Positions 36,044 to 49,828 of a stretch of DNA of 64,000 nucleotides are shown here, one piece after another. A program made the position numbers and the translations under genes. Under the pieces are notes generated by a model, which made no database searches, was not told where the DNA came from, and saw only the letters and a list, made by a program, of their open reading frames with translations. Position 1 is the stretch's first letter. Each line of letters starts with the position of its first letter. The DNA comes from Felis catus (lineage: Eukaryota): the NCBI RefSeq assembly GCF_018350175.1, contig NC_058369.1, positions 15,936,001-16,000,000 of the forward strand, read 5' to 3'.

Positions 36044-36536
36044 GGGGCGCCTGGGTGGCTCAGTCGGTTAAGCGTCCGACTTCGCTCAGGTCATGATCTC
36101 ACGGTCCGTGGGTTCGAGCCCCGCGTCGAACTCTGGGCCGACAGCTCGGAGCCTGGAGCCTGTTTCGGATTCTGTGTCTCCTTCTTTCTCTGACCCTCCC
36201 CTGTTCATGCTCTCTCTCTCTCTGTCTCAAAAATAAATAAATGTTTAAAAAAAAAAGTTTTTTTAAATAATAATTTGGATTTCCCTAATGGGAAGCAATA
36301 TTGAACATCTTTCCATGTACTTTTTTTTTTTTTTTTTTTGCCATCTGAATATCCTCTTTGGTGAAATATCCATTAATACCTTCTGTTCTTTTTTATTTTT
36401 TTTTAATGTTTTTATTTTATTTTTGAGACAGAGAGAGACAGCACAGAGCCTGACGTGGGGCTCGAACTCACGGGCTGTGAGATCATGACCTGAGCTGAGG
36501 TCGGACGCCCAACGGACTGAGCCACCCAGGCGCCCC
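36044..36536. mobile_element. Two CAN-SINEs in L1 (36044-36255 +; 36390-36536 -, internally deleted)
   Basis: TSD-like repeats taatttggatttccc and cttctgttcttttt. Confidence 0.93.
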
Positions 36537-37507
36537 AACTTCTGTTCTTTTTCAAATTGGATTGTTTGGTTTTCTACCACTGACTTTTGAAAATTCTTTG
36601 CATATTCTAGGTACTAGTCCCTTGTCAGGTACGTGAGCTGCAAATATTTTCTCCACCCTGTAACTTGACTTTTCATCCTCTTAAGAGAGTCTTTTGCAGA
36701 CCAAAAGTTTTTAATTTCAATAAAGTTCAATTTACCAAGTTTTTCTTCTTCTATGGATTATGCTTTCAGTGTCAAGTCTAAGAACTCTGCCTAACCCTAG
36801 ATCCCAAAGAAGTGTTTAATAGAAGCTGCATTGTTTTATGTTTAACATTTAAGTCTATGATCCATTTTGAGTTGATTTTTGCATAAGGTAGGAAGGTCTT
36901 TTATTTATTTATTTTTGGACTTTATGAGCATTATTTCTTGAAAAGTTCGTTCTTCCTCCATTGAATTGCTCTCATGCCTTTGTCAACAATTAGTTGGTCA
37001 TATTTATGGGGTCTATTCCTGGATTCTCTGTTGTGTCATTTATCTATGTGACTATGTTTCTGCTAATTCCCTACGGCATTGATACTGTAGCTGCATAATT
37101 AGCCTTGAATCTAGGAGACTGATTCCTCCTTCTTTATTTTTCATTTTCAAAAGCATCCCAGTTAGTCCAGTTCCTTAATCTTTTCATATAAAGTATAGGA
37201 TAATCTTGTTTATATCTACAAATAACCTGACTGGGATTTCGAAAGGAATTGCGTTAACCCTGTAAGTCATTTTGGGGCTGATCGCGGTCATTACTATGTT
37301 GAATCTTCTAATCCATGAACCCAGTTCATTTATGAAGATCTTTTTTTGATCTCTTTCATCAGCATCTTCTTGTTTTCAGCATATACACCCTGTACACGTT
37401 TGGTTACTTCTACCTAAACATCTCACTTTTGAACAACTGTAAAACGCTATGGTGCTTTTAATTTTTGTGTCCACATGTTCGTTGTTAGTATATAGAAACA
37501 CAATTGA

Positions 37508-37740
37508 GGGGCGCCTGGGTGGCGCAGTCGGTTAAGCGTCCGACTTCAGCCAGGTCACGATCTCGCGGTCCGGGAGCTCGAGCCCCGCGTCGGGCTCTGG
37601 GCTGATGGCTCGGAGCCTGGAGCCTGTTTCCGATTCTGTGTCTCCCTCTCTCTCTGCCCCTCCCCCGTTCATGCTCTGTCTCTCTCTGTCCCAAAAATAA
37701 ATAAACGTTGAAAAAAAAAATTAAAAAAAAAAAAAAAAAG
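37508..37740 (+). mobile_element. Young cat-type CAN-SINE
   Basis: TSD agaaacacaattga; long A tail. Confidence 0.97.
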
Positions 37741-38659
37741 AAACACAATTGAAATTTATTTGCTTATCCGGTATCCTGCAACCTTGCTGAACTCACTCAT
37801 TACTTCCAGGAGTTTCTTTAATAGGTTCCTTGAGATTTCCTAGTAGACAATCAAATCGTCGGCAAATAGGGACAGTTTATTTCTTACTTTTGGATCTGTA
37901 TATTTTTTATTTCCTTTTTTTGCTTTATTGCACTGGGTAAAAAGATACAGTGCAATGCTGAGTAGGAGTGGTATGAGTGGACATTCTCAAGAATGCCTTT
38001 TGTTCGTGACTTTATTGGAACAGCATTAAGCTCTCCACCATTAAGTATGATGCAAACTGTAGGTCTTTTGTAGCAGCCCTTCATTAGTTGAGAAAGTTTT
38101 ACCCTATTCCTGGTTTTCTGAGATTTTTTTCCACATATGCGTGTTGAATTTTGTTAAATGCTTTTGTGAATCTATTGATAGGGTCGTGTGCTTTTTCTTT
38201 TTCTAACCTGTTAACATAGTGGATTGCACTGATTGATTTTCAAAGATTAAGCCAGCCTTGCATCCCTGGAATAAACCCCACTTAGTCCTGATGTAGAATT
38301 GTTCTTAAATATTGCTGAATTCTATTTGTTAATATTTTGTTAAGGATTTTTTACGTCTATAATCATTAGAGATATTGGTCCACAGTTATGTTTTATTGTA
38401 TTGACTTTTTCCCGGTTTGGGTATAAAGGTAATTCTAGCAATATAAGATTATAGGTGTTCCCTCCCTTTCTATTTTTTGACAGAGAATGCATAGAATTGG
38501 TTTTAATTCTCCACTGAAGTCATATGGACCCAGAAGTTTCTTTTCTGGGGAAGTTTTAAAATTATTCATTCGATTTCCTTAATAGTTATAAGGAAATTCA
38601 AATTATCACGTTCACCCTGGGTGAGTTGTCATAGTTTGTGCTTTTGAAAGAACCGGTCC

Positions 38660-38871
38660 GGGGAGCCTGGGTGGCGCAGTCGGTTAAGCGTCCGACTTCA
38701 GCCAGGTCGCGATCTCGTGGTCCCTGGGTTCGAGCCCCGCGTCAGGCTCTGGGCTGATGGCTCAGAGCCTGGAGCCTGTTTCCGATTCTGTGTCTCCCTC
38801 TCTCTCTGCCCCTCCCCCGTTCATGCTCTGTCTCTCTCTGTCCCAAAAATAAATAAAAGTTGAAAAAAAAA
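38660..38871 (+). mobile_element. Young cat-type CAN-SINE
   Basis: TSD ttttgaaagaaccggtcc. Confidence 0.97.
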
Positions 38872-40210
38872 TTTTTTTTGAAAGAACCGGTCCATTTTAT
38901 TTAAGCTATGAAATTGATGTTTGTAGAATCTTCTGTGCTACTTTTGCTTTTTGTTAGTCTTACTGGAGGCTGTCAATGTTATTGATCTTTTAGAAGAACT
39001 AGCTTTTGTCTCAATGATTTTCTTTATTGTGTTTCTCTTTTCAATTTCTCTGGTTTCTACTGTTATTTTGACTATTTTCTTGTTTCTTCTTGCTTTGGGT
39101 TTACTTAGCTCTTCTTTTTCTAGCTTCCTGTAGTGGAAGCTTAGACAAGTGATACGAGATTTCTCCTCTTTTCTAAGATAAGCATTTAGTGCTGTAGATT
39201 TCTCCCTTGACCCTCCTTTAGCAGTGTCCCACAGATTTTGATATGTTGTGTTTCTTTTTCATTGAGCTTAGCATATTTTTTATTTTCCTTGAGACTTCCT
39301 TTTTGATGCATGGATTTTGTAGAAGTACATTGCTTAGTTTCCAAATATTTGTTGATTTTCCTGTTATCTTCCTATTTTGATTCCACTGTGGTCTGAAAAA
39401 CACATTCTACGTTATTTCAACGCTTTTAAACTTGTTGAGGTTTGTTTTACGGCCTAGGACATAGTTTACCTTCATATGTGTCATGTCGATGCTTTAAAAA
39501 AATTGTATCCCATCAGTTCTCTAAATGTCAATTATCTCCTAGTAGTGAGTAGCGTTATTACGTTCTTCCATGAACTTGCTGATTTTCTGTCTGGTTGCTC
39601 TATCAAGTGTTGAAAGAAGGATGTTGAAATCTCCACCTATAACTGTGAATTGACCTATTTCTCCTTTCAGTTCTATCAGTCTTTGCTTCACTTATTTTGT
39701 GGCTCTGATTTAGCCCATACACATTTAGGATTTCTGTGTTTTCTTGGTGTAGTGTCCCTTTTATCATTCTGTCCTCTCTGTCCCTCTTGGTCTGTTAACG
39801 TCCTCCTCTGTCCTGGTTACTTTTCTTTCTCTGAACTCTGCTTTGACTGATATTAAGATAGCCATTATTGTTTCTTTTGGCTAATGTTTGCACAATATAT
39901 ACATTTCCATCCTTTTACTTTCAATATACATGTATTGTTGTATTTAAAGTGAGATTCTTATGAGAGCAGATAGTTGGATCATATTTTTTTAAAACATGCC
40001 AATCATTGTGTTTTAATAGGTGTGTTTACACCATTTACATTTAATGTAATTATTAACGTGTTACATCTACCATTTATTTTTATTTTTTGGATTTTCCTCT
40101 TTGTCATTTCTCTATTTTTTAATCTGCCTTTCTGTGAGACATTTGTACATTTTTTTTTTTTTTTAGAATTCCATTTTGATTTAGCCATAGCATTTCTGAT
40201 GAGATCTCTC

Positions 40211-40419
40211 TTTTTTTTTTTTAACGTTTATTCATTTTTGAGAGACAGAGAGACAGAGTGCAAGTGGGGGTGGGGCAGAGAGAGGCAGACACAGAATCTG
40301 AAGCAGGCTCCAGGCTCTGAGCTGTCATCAAAGAGCCCGACGTGGGACTCAAACCCACAAACCGTAAAATCATGACCTGAGCTGAAGTCGGACGCCCAGC
40401 TGAGCCACCCAGGTGCCCC
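40211..40419 (-). mobile_element. CAN-SINE
   Basis: TSD gagatctctc. Confidence 0.94.
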
Positions 40420-40896
40420 GAAGAGATCTCTTTTTGTATAGTTTCTTTTTTTTTTTTTTTTTTTGGTAGTCATTCTAGTTATTACCCGTTATATGCATAA
40501 CAGCAGAGTTTACTGGTACTGACATTTCAGCAATTTAAATGACATGTAGAAACTTCCTTCTACTTCCCTTTATCCTTCCCCATTTATATTTAAATTGTCT
40601 TAAATATTTCCTCTCCATATTATTTCAAGCCACATCAAACAGTGTTACAATTTCTGCTGCAAGCATCAAACATTTAGGAAACTCAAGATCGAAAGGAAAA
40701 TGTATTTCTTTTACCCATATTTTTACTCTTCATTGTTCTTGCCCTTTTTGACATTCTAAGATTTATTTTATTATTTCCTTTCTGTTTAGGTGGTTTGCTG
40801 GTAACAGAATCTCTCTTTACCCTCATCTGATAATGTCTTGATTTTTCCTTCACGCCTCAAGGCTATTTCCACTGGGTATAGAATCCTGGAGTAATA

Positions 40897-40950
40897 GTTG
40901 TTGTTGTTGTTGGTGGTGGTGGTGGTGGTGGTGGTGGTGGTGTGTGTGTG
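40897..40950 (+). repeat. Compound (TTG)n(GTG)n(TG)n microsatellite
   Basis: Directly visible. Confidence 0.93.
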
Positions 40951-43261
40951 GGCATGTGTGTTTAGCACTTGAAAATGTCGTGCCACTAACTTGGGCTTTT
41001 CTGATTTCTGATGAAAACTTCACTATCATTCTAATTGTTTGCCTCTTATAGGTTAATAAGTCTCACAGCTGTTTTCAAGATATTTTCGTTGTCTTTAATT
41101 TTCAGAAGTTTGACAATACTGTGGTTTAGTGTGGACTTGGGGGAGTTTATCTTGTTTGCAATTTTCTCAGCTTCCTGAATCTGTGGGTTTCAAACTAGGC
41201 CTCTTGCCAAGTTTATAAAGCTTTCACCCATTATGTCTTTGAGTACTTTTTCAGCCTCATCCTCTTTGTCCTCTCCTTTTGGGACTCTGATGACATGAAT
41301 GTTAGATTTCTTTTCTTTTCTTTTTCTTTCCACCCCCCCCCCCCCCACAGGTTCCCGAAGCTTGGTTCTTTTTTCTTTTTTTCTAAATATTTTTTTCTTT
41401 TTGTTGTTCAGTATAGGTTATTTCTATTGTGAATTCTTCAGATGCACTGAGCCCCCCACCCCCGAACTGCCTTGTTCCTTCCATTATGCTGTTGAGCCCT
41501 CCCAGCAAGATTTCATTGTTGTTGTATTTCTCAGTTCTAAAATTTCCTTGTGGTTCTTCTCTGTATCTTCTGTTTCTTTCCCGAGTTATTTGACTTATTC
41601 ATACGCTTCGAGTGTGTTCATCATTGCTTATTGAAGCCTTTATATGATGGCTGCTTGTAAATATTTGTATTTCTAACATCGCTGCCATTTTGGTGTTGGA
41701 AGCTATTGACTATCCTCTTTTCATTCAAGCCGAGATTTTACCGCTTTGTGGTACAAGGGACTGCCTATTGAAAGCTGGACATTTTAAGTCGCATGATAGC
41801 AGACGCTGAATCTTATTTCAACCATGTGTGTTCGCTGTCTTCCTTTGACACTGCTCTGGTAGGAAAGAGGGCTGCCTTGTTACTGACAAGGTAAGATCTA
41901 AAGGTAGGATCTACTGACAAGGTAGAAATCTAAATTTTCCACTTGGTTGGTCTCCATTGACACGCAAAGGGGGTGGAGGACTCTTGTACTGCTAGGTGGA
42001 ACTGGGAGTTCCTACTAGGTTTCTGCTATACCATTCTAGATGGGAGGGATGGGTGTGCCTCGTTACTGTTCTCCCACTGACATCACATTATCGCTGGATC
42101 TTGTTAGTGATGGATGGTGGTAAACGTACTGCCTTCCCACTAGCTTTCCTCTGACACCACCCCAGCGGGGAGTGGGAGGTGTGCTTTTTCACTGCTGGGT
42201 GGGAGCTGAAGTCCAGGCTTTTCACATAGTCTCCATTGACACTGCAGGGAGGAGGGGGTGAACTTCATTACCACGTGGTGGTGGTGGAAGTCCCTGCTTT
42301 CTACCTGACCTTCTCTGTCACCATACCGCTATGGGAAGAGGTGAAAGGTTTGGCCAGTCTTGTTACAACCTGTGGAGGGTGAAAGTGTATGGTCCCCACT
42401 GGACTTGGAGGATATGGCTGGGGTTGAGACCACAGCCTTTTCTGTGGTGTTTGGCTGGAGTAGAGCATTTAAATGGCTAAACGTTTTTTGTCTTTCTAGT
42501 CCTTTGGCTCGAGAGAGCCAGCTGTTGTTGGAGCTATTTTTTGTCTGCATCTGTTGTCATTTCCAGGTTTCTAGCTTCCTCAGCACCCGGGGACATAGGA
42601 GACGCAAAGAAAAGCCAGAGAACTCTCCACTGTATCATTCCTTGCAAGTTCGAAGGTCTCAGGCTGGCCCGCTGTCTTCTCTCCACCTTTCAGAGTTTCC
42701 CTATGCTTGTTTAATATATGACGATCGGGGTTTTACTCGTACTTAGGGGGAAGAACAGGGAAAAATACTTTTTCTTCATCTCCTTGGAACTTTCTGTTTG
42801 TTTACTTTTACGCCTCTTTCCCACAGCTAGACTATAAGGCTAGACTGTAAGTTTTTGTAGACTTTTTCGTTTCTGCCCCTACCCTCTGACCTAATTTCCC
42901 TGCAGTGAGTTCACCATGCTTATGAACTTCTGGTTTAGCCCCTCTTGTGCATGCTTAGGCAATAACTTCTCAGTTCCACCCCACTTGCCCACCCCTGGTT
43001 TTGTCCTTGCTTAATCCCTTGGCCCATCGCCACCCCCCTCCTCTGACAGAGCAGCCAGCTGTTCCACTACAAGACGATGTAAATCCACTAACAACAATTC
43101 ATGCCACACCAGCCCCATTTCCCTTTTTCAGGGAAGTTACTCAATTGTTAAATCCAGGAATGCTTGACGAACCTCCATGACAACAAGGTATCTGGTAAAC
43201 TTTCTGCTGCCGACTACGTATCTTGGCATCTGGAGGCTCACGAGAAATCATTTTTAAAAAA

Positions 43262-43960
43262 TTTTTTTTAATGTTTTATTTTAGTTTTGAGACAGAGAGA
43301 GACAGGGCGTGAGCGGGGAGGGGCAGAGAGAGAGGGAGACACAGAATCCGAAGCAGGCTCCGGGCTCCGAGCCGTCAGCCCAGAGCCCGGCGCGGGGCTC
43401 GAACCCACGGACCGCGAGATCGTGACCCGAGCCGAAGTCGGACGCTCAACCGACTGAGCCACCCAGGCACCCCGAGAAATAAATTTAATTGGATTGGGTT
43501 GAGTAGAGGGTATGGAATAGCTTAAAGGAGAAATGAAGACTGACTGGGTCAACACCGGTATCTAACAATAGGTGATTAATAGGCTAACCTTACTGTCGAA
43601 GAAGGTGTTTAGGGGTAAGTTAAAATGCATCATATTGAACTATTTTCTAGTCAGTGATTTGTTAGTTCCTTGAATGAGAACACTGAAGCTGTGCCTTATT
43701 TGGAGAAGTAATTGGCACAAAGTTGGGAATGACAGCTAATGAGTTAAATAACAAAATCAGATTTCTGGGGCGCCTGGGGAGCTCAGTCAGTTAAGCGTCC
43801 GACTTCGGCTCAGGTCACGATCTCGTGGTTTGTGAGTTCGAGCCCCGCATCGGGCTCTGTGCGGACAGCTCGGGGCCTGGAGCCTGCTTCGGATTCTGTG
43901 TCTCTCTCTCACTTGCTGCTCCTCCCCAACGCTCTCTCTCAAAAATAAACATTTTAAAAC
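43262..43960. mobile_element. Two CAN-SINEs (43262-43473 -; 43767-43960 +)
   Basis: Typical heads and tails. Confidence 0.93.
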
Positions 43961-44108
43961 ATTTTTTTTTTAAATAAAGAACAGAACCAGATTTCAAAAA
44001 CATCTTGACAGACTGAAATACCTAACCTCGTTCTTTCAGGATAAGAGGATAAAATTTAATAGAAATAAGTATAAAATTTTGTTTTAGAGGCATAAGAACT
44101 AACCTCTC

Positions 44109-44540
44109 AGGGCACCTGAGTGGCTCAGTTGGTTAAGGGTCCAACTCTCGATTTTGGCCCAGGTCATGATCTCACAGTTCGTGAGATCAAGCTCTGCAGT
44201 GAGAGGGCCGAGCCCGCTTGGAAGTCTCTCTCCCCCTCCCTCGCTCGCACACACTCACGTGTGCACCCTCTCTCTTTCAAAATAAATAAATATTTTTTTT
44301 TAATTTTTTTTTTCAACGTTTATTTATTTTTGGGACAGAGAGAGACAGAGCATGAACGGGGGAGGGGCAGAGAGAGAGGGAGACACAGAATCAGAAACAG
44401 GCTCCAGACTCTGAGCCATCAGCCCAGAGCCCGACGCGGGGCTCGAACTCACGGACCGCGAGATCGTGACCTGGCTGAAGTCGGACGCTTAACCGACTGC
44501 GCCACCCAGGCGCCCCCAAGATAAATAAATATTTTAAAAA
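44109..44540. mobile_element. Older CAN-SINE (+) with a young CAN-SINE (-, 44293-44517) nested in its A tail
   Basis: ataaataaatatttt occurs on both sides of the young copy. Confidence 0.94.
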
Positions 44541-45154
44541 AGAATGAATCTCTCAAAAATGTTAAGTGATGATAATAGCTAATGTTTATAAGTTTGTAGT
44601 GAACATGACCCATTGGTATTTCATTAAGTGGCATAACACTGCTAGAGAGTTAATGGACAAATGTTTCAATGGTCACAAACTCTTTTTCCTCTTTGACATA
44701 GTAATTCCATTCCTATGGCTTTATTCTGGGGGAAGAAAATCTAAAAAGAGAAAAATGCCAAATGCAAAAAGAGGCTCACGAGAGCACTGTTTATAATAGC
44801 AAAAATCTGGAGACAAAGCAATTACAATAGTGATAATATTTAGTAATTTGATATATATATATCAACTACGTTACGCAGCTTTTAAAAAGGGAGGAAATTT
44901 GGTGTTATTCTAAAGACAACATAGCAAGAGAAAAAGATCTCACAGTATGCGATAAAAACATAAAATTAATTGTTTCCTAGTCTGAGTACAATCGTAAAGT
45001 TAGACGTGCTTATGTATATTTTGAACAGGAATTACAAACGAGAATTGCACAAAAACAGAAAAATGACAGAAATCTCCCTGTTAGAATATTGTGTGATTTT
45101 TCTTGCCTAATACCTATTATTACAGTAAAGTATAAATTAACGATTAAAAAAAAA

Positions 45155-46029
45155 TTTTTTTTAACGTGTGTTTATTTTTGAGACAGAGAGAGACAGAGCA
45201 TGAACGGGGAAGGGTCAAAGAGAGAGGGAGACACAGAATGCAAAACAGGCTCCGAGCTATCAGCACAGAGCCCGACGTGGATCTCGAACTCACAGACCTC
45301 GAGATCATGACCTGAGCTGAAGTCGGACGCTCAACCGACTGAGCCACCCAGGCGCCCCTGAATTAACGATTTTTAACTGCACAAGGCAAGATGGGGGAGA
45401 TCTAACCTCGCATCCGTTTATGCTTGTGAAATACCCAACACGCTTCATTGGCTGCAAAGTGCATGTTTAGTTGGAAGAAGAGTCGATCCCTAAAGATACG
45501 AATTACTCTGATAGAAATCTATGCAAAGAGAGCCCGAAGCAAATAAGGTAAAAAGTCTCCTACTTTGCCTTGGTCATGTGTAGAACACTGTATGCGACTC
45601 TAGGGGCCATCATCAAATGCAGCACATCTCTGCAGGGCTGACCCTTGATGACACTCTGTAAGACATGTGGTTTCTCCCTTCTGCCCACTCTGGAACCAGA
45701 ATCAGACTTCCAGAACCAGTTCAGTCCACCCCAAATTAAAACAATACAAGGGTATTCTCCTACTATATATCAAAACACTAGTCATTTAGGGGCGCCTGGG
45801 TGGCTCGGTCGGTTAAGCATCCGACTTCGGCTCAGGTCATGATCTCACGGTCCGTGAGTTCGAGCCCCGCGTCGGGCTCTGTGCTGACCGCTCAGAGCCT
45901 GGAGCCTGTTTCAGATTCTGTGTCTCCCTCTCTCTCTGCCCCTCCCCTGTTCATGCTCTGTCTCTCTCTGTCTCAAAAAAAAAAAAAAAAAAAACATTAA
46001 AAAAAAATTAAAAAAAAAACAAAAAAAAA
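45155..46029. mobile_element. Two CAN-SINEs (45155-45358 -; 45789-46029 +)
   Basis: TSDs aattaacgatt and aaaacactagtcattta. Confidence 0.94.
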
Positions 46030-46569
46030 CACTAGTCATTTAAAAAAAAACAAAAACAGAACTGTAGTATTGGTACAAAAGCAAATGACTACACCAATAA
46101 AGTAAAATACAGAGGATTGTAATAGATGCACAAAAATAAAGTCATTTACTACCTGGTAAGTGTGGCCTTGGAAATCAGTGGAGGGAAAGCGCATAATTTT
46201 TTGGAGTAAGGCTCTTCACTAAATTCTTCCAAAGGTAACTAACCCCAGGAGGGTGCATTTCTGATTGGGGTATTTCAGAAGTTAGCTGATGCCCCCAGGA
46301 TACCGGGGCTTAAAACGAAATCACACGCCTCTGTATTATATGTCTTAAAGCCAAAGTGTTATGAAGTGAATTCCAGATGACATCACAGCATTCTATTACC
46401 AGTGACCACAGGGGATACTTTCATTAGCTGTTTCAGACACCCATCCCTTACCGCCAGCTGGCTCCTCACCAGCTTTGGCCCCAGCCAGGCCAGGAAACCA
46501 ACCAATCCCGGTCTCCCCATGGCCCTGAGGGTCTGCGGCCCGTGCCTTTCCAGACACCAATGTCTATAC

Positions 46570-46950
46570 TAGGTCAAGGCTCTTAGTTGCAAGCAACAGG
46601 AACAACGGTAATTGACATAGGGACGAGGAATGTCACTGAAAGGCTAACAGCGGCTGCCATAATATGAGGCGACTGGGGATCCAGACTTGGGCAGTACCCA
46701 GGGCTCACCCATTATCCTGGTGACATAAATACTCTATTTCTACTGCTGCCCAGCACCGGCTCCTCAGTGAGCGCCACCCAACCCCCACTCCCTGCAGATG
46801 GAAGCGTCCAGATGGCAGCCTGTGGTTCAGCCTAGATGACATGCTCATCCACAAGGTGTCGGAAAGTAAGAGGACGACATTTCTCCCCGCTTTGGCTTCC
46901 CGAGTGGGATCTGAGTTATTTCTGAAAAGGGAAAGAGGAAGCCATAATAA
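46570..46950. mobile_element. MaLR (MLT1-type) LTR remnant
   Basis: ggtcaaggctcttagttgcaagcaacagg is a typical MLT1K/L-type terminus. Confidence 0.5.
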
Positions 46951-47094
46951 TAAATGTTCTTTGGACCCCATCAATTATATATCTTCTTTTCTCCCCAGGT
47001 CTCGAACGAGGTCACGTTCTCTTCTTTCTCCCCAGGTCAAAATCAATATTCAGGAAAGTGATTAATATTTGTAATGTGAAGGACGCATGGCTGA

Positions 47095-47270
47095 TAACAA
47101 GGTACAGTGGAAAAGGTACTGGTTTCTGATAGAGCTTGCTTCTGGTAGTATGTGGCCTCAGAAAAATCACAAAAACTATCTGAGCCTTTGGTTCCTCGTA
47201 TTTAAAATGAGAATAGCATCACTCACCTCCGGGGGTTGTTGCAAAAAGTCAAAATGTCACAATTTATCTG
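47095..47270 (+). mobile_element. MIR fragment
   Basis: tctgagcctttggttcctcgtatttaaaatgagaatagcatcactcacc. Confidence 0.55.
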
Positions 47271-47404
47271 AAATGCTTATTATATGAAGGACAGAATATA
47301 GGACCTGAATAAATGTACAACCCTACCATGTTTCTGGATAAAGATGCCCATTCTCCTCAAGTTGAACTATAAATCAATACAGTATTCGTAATAGTGGCAT
47401 TTGA

Positions 47405-48385
47405 ATTTTTTTTACCGTTTATTCATTCTTTGAGAGACAGAGCACAAGCAGGGGTGGGGCAGAGAGAGGGAGACACGGAATCCAAAGCAGGCTCCCGGCT
47501 CTGAGCTGTCAGCACAGAGCCCGACGCGGGGCTCGAACTCCCAAACCGTGAGATCGTGACCGGAGCTGAAGTCAGATGCTCAACGGACTGAGCCACCCAG
47601 GCGCCCCGTAATAGTTTTATTTTAACCGGAGAAAATGATCCCAAGTTCCCATAGAAAATAAAATATGACATACCAAACTATATTTGAAACAGAAGAATCA
47701 AGTCTCACCCTTTCGGAGATCAAAACATACACGGAAGCAACAAGGTACAGAGCAAGACAGAGTCACTCACGTGAAGCAGTGACGCCAACAGCCAAGGGCA
47801 TTGCAGCCAAGACCAGATATCACCCAAACCAGCACAGACTGGCAATGCTAAGAACTGATCATTAGCAAGGCCATGTGAACCTGGGAAAACCAGGAGCCGA
47901 TAATCACTAGAACCAAAGGGGTCCTGTCAAGTCCGAAGACTGATTAAACCACTTTAAAAAGGAAGGATTTGGGGGCGCCTGGCTGGCTCAGTCGGTTAAG
48001 CGTCCAACTTCAGCTCAGGTCATGATCTTGCAGTTCAGGAGTTCGAGCCCTGCACCAGGATCTGGTGCTGACAGCTCAGAGCCCGGAACCTGTTTCGATT
48101 CTGTGCCTCCCTCTCTCTCTGCCCCTCCCCCACTCGCTCTCTCTCTCTCGCTCTTTCAAAAATAAACAAACATTAAAAAAATAATTAAAAAAGTAAATTC
48201 AAAGGAAGGATTTTGGAGCCAACTGTCAGACTCGTCAGCCACTGACACTCCCAGGCCTGACCACCTAAAAAGGTCACTCGCATGGGGCACCTGGGTGGCT
48301 CAGTCAGTTAAGCGACCAACTCTTGATCTCAGCTTTGGTCTTGATCTCGGGATCCTGCGCTGGGCACAAAGCCTACTTAAAAAAA
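47405..48385. mobile_element. Three CAN-SINEs (47405-47607 -; 47971-48195 +; 48284-48385 + short)
   Basis: Typical heads and tails; aaaggaaggattt flanks the middle copy. Confidence 0.92.
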
Positions 48386-48799
48386 AGAAGAAGGAGAAGA
48401 AGAAGGCAACTGCCATGAGGCCTCTGCCTGACTAATCTCTAAACATAACAGAGGTCCTGCACTGCTTGAACGTGATAAGCTGCAGGCACGAACGAGGCCT
48501 CACCTCATCATAAGGATGCGCTCACCGACTGACTTTGCGTTTGTTGGTTAACTTTACACCCCTCATTGTTGTATCTTGTTCGTTGTGTGACTTTGTCTTG
48601 TGCTTTGTTTTGCGTGACGGGTAGGAAGCCAAGGTGAATGCGCAGTGAAATGCCATTGAGTTTGGAATCGTGAACCTGCTTGACGATTATGTTAACCTTG
48701 CTTCATGACTGAATAAAGCCGACGATGCGGAAAGACACAACTCGGGTACATGCCTTTATAGTGCGCTCGCGGCAAATGAGATGGAAATGATTTTATTTA

Positions 48800-49500
48800 A
48801 GATGGGATGCAGGTGCAGAAGTAGGCAAATGAATGAAACGAAATAGTCTAAACAAACTCATGTGCGTATAGGGATCTAGTACATAATAAAAGCAGTATTT
48901 CGAATCAGTTGAGAAAGGATAGGTTATTCAACAAATGGTGCTGGGAAAGTTGGTTACACCTCGGAAAGAAATAAAGTTCAACTATCCGTACCATATAGAA
49001 GAAACAAATTCCAGATGGCTTAAATATCGAAATGTATAAAATAAAACTCTACAAACACTAGGAAAAACATAGAAGAATGTTATTATTCCTTTGGAGGAGG
49101 GAGAGCCCTCGTAAGTAAAACATAAAATCATAGCAATAAAGGAAGACAGACACAATAAACCAATTTAAAAGGCAACAGAGCAGGGGCGCCTGGGTGGCGC
49201 AGTCGGTTAAGCGTCCGACTTCAGCCAGGTCACGATCTCGCACTCCGTGAGTTCGAGTCCCGCGTCAGGCTCTGGGCTGATGGCTCAGAGCCTGGAGCCT
49301 GCTTCCGATTCTGTGTCTCCCTCTCTCTCTGCCCCTCCCCCGTTCATGCTCTGTCTCTCTCTGTCCCAAAAATAAATAAACGTTGAAAAAAAAATTAAAA
49401 AAAAAAAAAGGCAACAGAGCAGAAGGAAATATTTATATTTAACAGACCGAAGACTCTTATCCAGCCTCATAGGATAAGAACACGTCAGCATAAAGATGCC
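48800..49500 (+). mobile_element. Old L1 ORF2 fragment
   Basis: ttattcaacaaatggtgctgggaaagttgg..aaattccagatggcttaaatatc. Confidence 0.7.
49183..49410 (+). mobile_element. Young cat-type CAN-SINE
   Basis: TSD aaaaggcaacagagca. Confidence 0.97.
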
Positions 49501-49828
49501 TCTTTAATTTTGTCCCACATGGCTACTCAGAGCAAGCCGATTACTTCGCAAAATGAAAGCAAGTTTTAAGCAAAATTTAAAAAAAAAAAATCTGTTCCAA
49601 TAGTGAAGGAAAAGGAAAACATTGATGGAGTATCCTTAGGGCAACTTCCGGCCAGTTAGAAAACGTATTTCTTCTAAGGAGCCATGGTTGGCATTGCGTT
49701 CGATGAGCAGAGTTCGGGCTGTATCTCAGCCTCCATCCAGTAGCACCACGGCCACACAACCATCCTCGAAGGTCCTGAATGACGACGTTGTATTTACCAA
49801 CAAATTGTTCTGTTTGTCTTCTGCGATA

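Larger units (their letters stand above)
35915..42790 (-). mobile_element. Long old L1 (L1M-type) spanning ORF2, ORF1 and a 5' region, interrupted by SINEs
   Basis: Antisense ORF2 motifs throughout 36530-40060, including the endonuclease start TLIITLNVNGVNTPIK (track ORF 40003-40188); ORF1-like YSRILYPVEI..EGKIKTLSDEG (40786-40986); the 5' part after 41650 is less certain. Confidence 0.85.
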
